The position numbers and the translations under genes are program-made. Of a stretch of 64,000 nt of DNA, positions 58,759 to 64,000 are shown one piece after another. The stretch is from an uncultured Bacteroidales bacterium (lineage in GTDB: Bacteria; Bacteroidota; Bacteroidia; Bacteroidales; FEN-979), in assembly GCA_903925275.1 (NCBI GenBank), contig CAIYES010000233.1:1547-65546 (forward strand). Direction: 5' to 3'. Position 1 is the first letter of the stretch; each line of letters begins with the position of its first letter. A model generated the notes under the pieces. It was given only the letters and a program-made list of their open reading frames with translations, ran no database searches and was not told where the DNA came from.

Positions 58759-59574
58759 ATGAATAGACTGTTTTTTTTCATTGTACTCATGTTGACAACC
58801 ATTGCAAGTGGGTTTGCCCAGGAAGATGCCGAAGGATGTAAAGACCATGCTCTGTTTACACGCATGCCGGGATACTATATTTCAGAGTGTACGGTGAACT
58901 ATAATCAGCTCGATTTTTATGACAGCAAGGGTCAGGATGTAAAATTGGAAGGAAATCTCACCTACGCCTGGTACATATTTAACCTGGAATCAGGAAAAAC
59001 AGAACCAAGTTATTTTCAGATCATTAAAAATTATGCCAACGCCATTATTAAAATCGGAGGTACTAAAATTTATGAAGAAAACGGGTTAGGATGCTATGAA
59101 TTGAATAAAAACGGAAAAGTTTATAAAATAAAAGTTGCCGCTACCAACAATAGTGATATTATACTGAATGTACTTGAAATAGAGGCCATGAAACAAGATA
59201 TTTCTGCAAATGAAATGCTTGACGCCCTGAACAAAGATGGCTTCATTTCACTTGATATTCTTTTTGAAACCGGAAAATCGAAAATTCAAAACGAATCACT
59301 TCCGATCATCGACCAGGTTTACCAGTTGATGAAGCTTGATTTAGCGCTTAAAATCAGTGTTGAAGGCCATACCGATAATGTTGGTGATGCTGCAAGCAAT
59401 AAAAAACTTTCTACCGCCCGGGCCAAAGCGGTTATGGACGCACTGATTGCCAAAGGAATTGAGAAAACAAGGTTGTCATATACTGGTTGGGGACAAGAAA
59501 AACCAGTTGCCGATAACAGAACCGATGAAGGAAAATCGAAAAACAGGCGGGTGGAAATAATCAAGAAGCCATAA
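58759..59574 (+). CDS. OmpA-family (OmpA/MotB C-terminal domain) protein
   Basis: C-terminal FETGKSKI...VEGHTDNVGDAASNKKLSTARAKAV...NRRVEI. Signal peptide. Start moved to MNRLFFF (ATG 58759). Confidence 0.8.
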   Translation: MNRLFFFIVLMLTTIASGFAQEDAEGCKDHALFTRMPGYYISECTVNYNQLDFYDSKGQDVKLEGNLTYAWYIFNLESGKTEPSYFQIIKNYANAIIKIGGTKIYEENGLGCYELNKNGKVYKIKVAATNNSDIILNVLEIEAMKQDISANEMLDALNKDGFISLDILFETGKSKIQNESLPIIDQVYQLMKLDLALKISVEGHTDNVGDAASNKKLSTARAKAVMDALIAKGIEKTRLSYTGWGQEKPVADNRTDEGKSKNRRVEIIKKP

Positions 59575-59730
59575 ACATTTCAAATTCATGTATATAGGTT
59601 TTAGCGTCTTGGCGTCTTGGCGGTGAAAAAGAGTTTTCGGAATGGTTCAACTTTTGAACCTGAAAATGCTAAACGGGAACTTCTGTGAAAAAAGGATAAG
59701 CGTGTAATGTTACTCTGAAATTTGGCAAAA

Positions 59731-60930
59731 ATGCTTTTATTCTTATCACTTCTGGGTATTTTTCTCTCGGTAATCTTGTTGTATTTCAATGCAAGGAAAT
59801 ATAGATCTTCCATCTACCTGGGTGCCTTTTTTTTCCTGATAAGCCTATATGGCTTTATACAGTATTCCCTACTCTATTCAAAATCGGTCGGTCTTGTCAG
59901 CATCGTTTTTATCAATATCGGTTTTCTTACTTATCTCACGGGGCCTGCGCTATACATGTATGTGCGAAGCGTTTTAACAGATCAGGCGCGCCTGAAAAAG
60001 AGAGACCTCTGGCATTTGCTGCCGGCATTGATATACCTTTTTGCCTCATTACCTTACATTTTCACCCCATGGTCATACAAAGTCCTTTGTGCAACGAAAT
60101 TGGTCGTCGACCCCACTTTCATCGCAAGCTATAACGCCACTCTTTTGCATGAACTGTTGCCAAATGATTTGATTTTTCTCAGCCGCCCGATTTTGATCCT
60201 GGCTTATGCAATCTGGTCGGCAGGACTTTTTCTCTGGTATTTAAGAAAAAAAGGACAATCACAGGTTCTTTCCCACCAGCATTATATGACCCAATGGCTT
60301 ACTTACCTGCTGGGTTTTTTATTTGTGCTGGTTGTCAGCCATATGTTGGTCTTGTTGGAATCCATTTCAAACCAGGATTTAAAATATTTTTTCACCCTTG
60401 ATCTTTTGCAGGTGCTGTCGGGATTAGGCCTTTCAGGACTGCTGACCTTACCATTCTTTTTTCCGGGCATTTTATACGGGTTGCCCCGGTTCCCCCAAGC
60501 CATCCCAAAGCAGTTAACCAACGACAAAACAATGGTTGAGTTGAAGAAAGAGGCAAAAAAAGAGAACCACAATTTCGAATCCGAATATCTGCAATTCCTT
60601 GAACAAAAAGTTGAAACCTCGATGGAGGAACTGCAGCCTTACCTTCAACCGGACTGCAATCTTGCATATTTGTCGAAACTTACCGGCTTACCCGTCCATC
60701 ATCTTGCATATTATTTCAGGGAGAGTAAAAAACAGTCATTCAATGATTTCCGTAATGAGTGGCGGATAAAACATGCAAAGAACCTCATAAAAGAGGGTAA
60801 GGCGAAGGATCTGACCCTGGAAGCCATCGGTTTACTGTCAGGATTTTCGACCCGAAACACTTTTTTTACCGCCTTTAAAAAAGTTGAAAAAACATCGCCA
60901 GGTGTTTTTGTTAATCAGTTTACGAAATAG
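59731..60930 (+). CDS. AraC-family transcriptional regulator with N-terminal multi-TM domain
   Basis: About 250 aa of hydrophobic helices followed by an HTH_AraC C-terminus (LAYLSKLTGLPVHHLAYYFR...GFSTRNTFFTAFKK). Confidence 0.75.
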   Translation: MLLFLSLLGIFLSVILLYFNARKYRSSIYLGAFFFLISLYGFIQYSLLYSKSVGLVSIVFINIGFLTYLTGPALYMYVRSVLTDQARLKKRDLWHLLPALIYLFASLPYIFTPWSYKVLCATKLVVDPTFIASYNATLLHELLPNDLIFLSRPILILAYAIWSAGLFLWYLRKKGQSQVLSHQHYMTQWLTYLLGFLFVLVVSHMLVLLESISNQDLKYFFTLDLLQVLSGLGLSGLLTLPFFFPGILYGLPRFPQAIPKQLTNDKTMVELKKEAKKENHNFESEYLQFLEQKVETSMEELQPYLQPDCNLAYLSKLTGLPVHHLAYYFRESKKQSFNDFRNEWRIKHAKNLIKEGKAKDLTLEAIGLLSGFSTRNTFFTAFKKVEKTSPGVFVNQFTK

Positions 60931-60995
60931 ACGCGGACTGTTGGAAATTTGTATCCTTTTTCAAAAATGGTACATATAAGAAGCTTTTACCCTTT

Positions 60996-61005
60996 CCCCC
61001 CCCCC
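60996..61005. repeat. Poly(C)10 homopolymer tract 75 nt upstream of the next start codon
   Basis: Read directly: CCTTT-CCCCCCCCCC-GATAC. Confidence 0.95.
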
Positions 61006-61080
61006 GATACATCCATCTGTTTATGATTATTTTTATCGCTTCAAATAGGAAATGATCAATCATTGTTAATTTTTATTCGT

Positions 61081-61956
61081 ATGAGAAAAGCTACCATCCT
61101 TATGATTGTGGTTCTGCAATGCATAACTGCATGGGCACAAGACAAACCTTCAGAACCATCTAAAGCCGGCAAAAGGTTCTTTGTCGGTTTATCCTGGTCA
61201 TACACGTCAATTGATTTGAAACTGTCATCGCTTTCCCTGCATTCTGTCTGGTTTGGATCGGATTTGGGAACCCGTGATCTGGAAACCGGTGAGATCGACA
61301 CGATTAATGATTTTGTGAAAAGACATACCGATATCAACACGCTCAGAATTGAAGCCGGGATGGATTTCATCAACAAACCGGATAGCCGGTGGAAATTGTC
61401 AGGGACCCTGCTGCTGGGGCTCGCACAGAACCTTACAACCGTTCATAACAATGAATCCGGGGTTCAGGAATATTCGTTCAATTCGGGTTTTTCGAAACCC
61501 TGCCTGGGACTGGGAATTAATTTAGGTTATCAGTTTACCAAACATTGGGGGCTTTCTCTTCGTCCTTATATCGTTGGCACGATGGGGACCATCAAGGATA
61601 TCGACGACAAGATCAATCCGGATCCGATAAATTTTACCTCCGACAAACAGGACAAATTCAGTACCCTCTATCTCAGGAGCAGTCTGTTAGCCCGTTATAC
61701 TGCCGGCCCTGTAACGATCATGGCAGGCCCGGGTTTTTATTATGTCTGGGCGAAACATGTTTACCGCCGCAATTACACGAATATCAATGACGGGCAAACA
61801 CTGACCGAGGAGGCAACCTATGTATTAATACCCCGGTCGTTCATCGACGGGAATCTGGCAGTGGTGTGGAATATCATTGATCAACTGACCTTCCACGTTT
61901 CTGCAGGAATAGCGAATGATTTCATGCTGGATGCTGGTTTACATTACAATTTTTAA
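61081..61956 (+). CDS. Hypothetical outer-membrane beta-barrel protein
   Basis: Signal peptide (ILMIVVLQCITAWAQ), alternating beta-strand-like pattern, terminal ...LHYNF. Start moved to ATG 61081. Confidence 0.5.
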   Translation: MRKATILMIVVLQCITAWAQDKPSEPSKAGKRFFVGLSWSYTSIDLKLSSLSLHSVWFGSDLGTRDLETGEIDTINDFVKRHTDINTLRIEAGMDFINKPDSRWKLSGTLLLGLAQNLTTVHNNESGVQEYSFNSGFSKPCLGLGINLGYQFTKHWGLSLRPYIVGTMGTIKDIDDKINPDPINFTSDKQDKFSTLYLRSSLLARYTAGPVTIMAGPGFYYVWAKHVYRRNYTNINDGQTLTEEATYVLIPRSFIDGNLAVVWNIIDQLTFHVSAGIANDFMLDAGLHYNF

Positions 61957-61982
61957 TAAAATTAATATAAGGAGATTATACC

Positions 61983-64000
61983 ATGAGAAAATTGATCCAT
62001 TTCATCATCATGCTCATACCGGTCATCGGTTTTGGTCAGTCGCTCATTCCCGAAGCCCACTGGAATGACGGTAACAACCGTGCCTGGTGTGATAAAGGGT
62101 TAGGCACAGCCTTTACATCGAATAATGGCATTTTGACCGCCTTTAATTATCAGGGAAACGGAACAAGAAATGGCGGACATGTGTACATGTACACCATTGA
62201 TGAAGCCATTAAAACCAGCCAGACCGATCTGAGTAATGTAAAGATGAGTGATTTCCAACTGGGACCTTCGGCCGACCATAACAACAAGATCGTTTTCGGT
62301 TTCCCCGGTGAAGGTAGTTCCTATGATGAAGGACCGGTACTGGGAAGGTCCTTCTTTTTCCAGTACGAATCACAGATCTGGTATTTTATCCATATTCGCT
62401 CTGCCAACCAGTGTGACCATTGTACCTCGCCTGATAATGATAGTTATGAATGTTATGCCAGGATCCCTGCCAACACCGAAAGTAAATGCTACACATACTA
62501 TCTGAAAGCGAGTCCGGTATCTACGGTTTGGAAACAAGGGGCTATTCAGGTGGACAGCCTGGTCTATTTTCTTGCAGTCGACAAATCGGTTTTACCGAAT
62601 CGCTGGCAGTTCCAGGAATTCAGGTTCGATAGTACGGATAGTCATTTTAAATATAACAACTATGCAAGCGTCATTAATTCCATTATTTATCCCTGGCTTG
62701 GCGGTTTATACAGCAGACTTGACAGTGCTGGAAACACCTATTTTGTAGCCACTTTTTATGACCAGGCAGGCAACTGGCAGGTTGGCAAAATTGTCCCGGG
62801 TATTACAGGAGGAAAAAGGACGTTTACCTGGCAGCTATTGCTTGATAACATGCATTCCAGCCCGTTTACCTCCGCGTTCATCGGTGCCACCACCATCTAT
62901 GGCGGGACGATCAAAGGGAACCGGGTGCCTTCCAACATCACCAATAAAGCTGAATCCGACAGAATGATTTTGTTCGGGGAATCCATGGCTAAATCCAGCG
63001 ATGGGTATTATCATGTACAATACGGTGAATATCATTTTCACAATGAGTTGCTGGTCAAAGATGGTTCAGGTGAGATACAGCTTCCTGCTTCGACCGGAGC
63101 CTATTACGTCGGCGACAATTTCCACCTGTATGCCAGTTATATGCTGCAACCAAAGGATTACTTATCCGTCATGTCGGGTACCGACGGGTACCAGCAATAT
63201 ATGTGGCTGCTATATCCCGACCATAATAAGCATTTTAACGGGGCCATGTTTCAATCAGACTTCTGGAGTGTGAGTCCTGATTATGAATACAGTCCCGATC
63301 TGGATGATGACATTTCATATCCGGGAATCAGTTCGCTGTGGACCCTTGTGGGAATTTTGGATGGCCCTCCGCCTGTTTCAATGAACTGGTCTAAGTGGAA
63401 TTCCACCTGGGGATATCCTGTTTACCCGACGACGCTGGAATTGGAAACAGACAGTTCGGGGGCTTCGGAGTTCACTACCCAGACCGAGAATGGATGGAGT
63501 GTAGGTGAGAGTGTCAAAGTGGAGAGTGCACAAAAGAAATACAATATGCAGGGATCCATCAGTGAAAAATTCAAGTTCTCACAAACCTTTGATAAAACCG
63601 TATCCAGCTCCGAAACGCATACTGTGACGTATACGAGTCCTTTTGAATTGGATGAGGAATCACAGGAGTATGGTTATTTCCTTTATATAATCCCGGAGAT
63701 TAAAAGGTATTCCTTCTCCATGTTCCCCTGGTGGGATGATTCCTCCAAACAGGAATATCCGGTTGAAGGCTCCTTTCAGTATCTGTTTGAGACGATTGCC
63801 AACAAGTTTCTTAAATATCCCAAACCGATCAGTAAGCCCCCTTTCAATATCGCAGAAACAAACAATGCCGGAATGGAAGACTGGTCTTATGATAAAGGCC
63901 GTGCGTTTCTTTTACAGCAGGCCGGAGATTGGGATCTTTTCCCGTGCATGTCCTTAAGCTGGATGAGCCCTGGTAGTGGCAACAGTTGCAACATCCAGAC
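61983..64000 (+). CDS. Large secreted hypothetical protein, 3' end outside window (at least 672 codons); absent from the supplied ORF track
   Basis: ATG 61983 is preceded by AAGGAG at 61969-61974. It has a signal peptide (MRKLIHFIIMLIPVIGFGQS). Manual translation found no stop in this frame up to nt 64000. The track shows no competing frame-0 ORF. Confidence 0.75.
   Translation, partial: MRKLIHFIIMLIPVIGFGQSLIPEAHWNDGNNRAWCDKGLGTAFTSNNGILTAFNYQGNGTRNGGHVYMYTIDEAIKTSQTDLSNVKMSDFQLGPSADHNNKIVFGFPGEGSSYDEGPVLGRSFFFQYESQIWYFIHIRSANQCDHCTSPDNDSYECYARIPANTESKCYTYYLKASPVSTVWKQGAIQVDSLVYFLAVDKSVLPNRWQFQEFRFDSTDSHFKYNNYASVINSIIYPWLGGLYSRLDSAGNTYFVATFYDQAGNWQVGKIVPGITGGKRTFTWQLLLDNMHSSPFTSAFIGATTIYGGTIKGNRVPSNITNKAESDRMILFGESMAKSSDGYYHVQYGEYHFHNELLVKDGSGEIQLPASTGAYYVGDNFHLYASYMLQPKDYLSVMSGTDGYQQYMWLLYPDHNKHFNGAMFQSDFWSVSPDYEYSPDLDDDISYPGISSLWTLVGILDGPPPVSMNWSKWNSTWGYPVYPTTLELETDSSGASEFTTQTENGWSVGESVKVESAQKKYNMQGSISEKFKFSQTFDKTVSSSETHTVTYTSPFELDEESQEYGYFLYIIPEIKRYSFSMFPWWDDSSKQEYPVEGSFQYLFETIANKFLKYPKPISKPPFNIAETNNAGMEDWSYDKGRAFLLQQAGDWDLFPCMSLSWMSPGSGNSCNIQ

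Noticed and set aside
59604-59622. GCGTCTTG GCGTCTTG GCG tandem duplication after the OmpA gene
   Set aside because: There are only about 2.4 copies of an 8-mer, too short to interpret, and no associated structure.

Overview
The window looks like a Bacteroidota chromosome. This is inferred from T9SS C-terminal sorting domains, TonB-dependent receptors with carboxypeptidase-like N-termini, a GLPGLI protein, an ECF sigma/FecR pair and TAnnTTTG -7 boxes.

Nt 1-22.7k is mostly housekeeping: FGE-sulfatase domain protein, CNNM/CorC transporter, BNR protein, TBDT, EamA transporter, the M23-DUF4292-TPR-dut block, a flippase, RNase H1, YraN, LdcA, a PorV-like barrel, metG and tRNA-Arg(CCT).

After the tRNA the content becomes accessory:
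- A Type III R-M system whose mod and res are separated by a MazF-type toxin-antitoxin cassette. Its res carries an in-frame TGA before helicase motif I.
- T9SS cargo proteins, an outer-membrane barrel/GLPGLI/two-component cluster, and a block of small membrane and lipoproteins that looks AT-rich by eye.
- An ECF sigma/FecR unit coupled to an STN-domain protein that is not a TonB receptor.
- Two paralogous DUF1566-led operons (with a TBDT and a CE4 deacetylase) next to a LytS/LytTR pair.
- An OmpA protein, a membrane AraC regulator, and a poly-C-preceded barrel plus a large secreted ORF that runs off the right edge and is missing from the ORF track.

Non-coding structure is unusually rich:
- Two copies of a ~330-360 bp TIR element, each with its own 8-bp target duplication.
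- Two smaller hairpin-packed TIR elements.
- A GC-rich palindrome family.
- A 140-bp heptamer array and a 9-bp TGCAT array that fill one divergent promoter.
- 21-bp-phased direct repeats conserved in both DUF1566 promoters.

All calls come from reading the sequence and translations; no searches were run.
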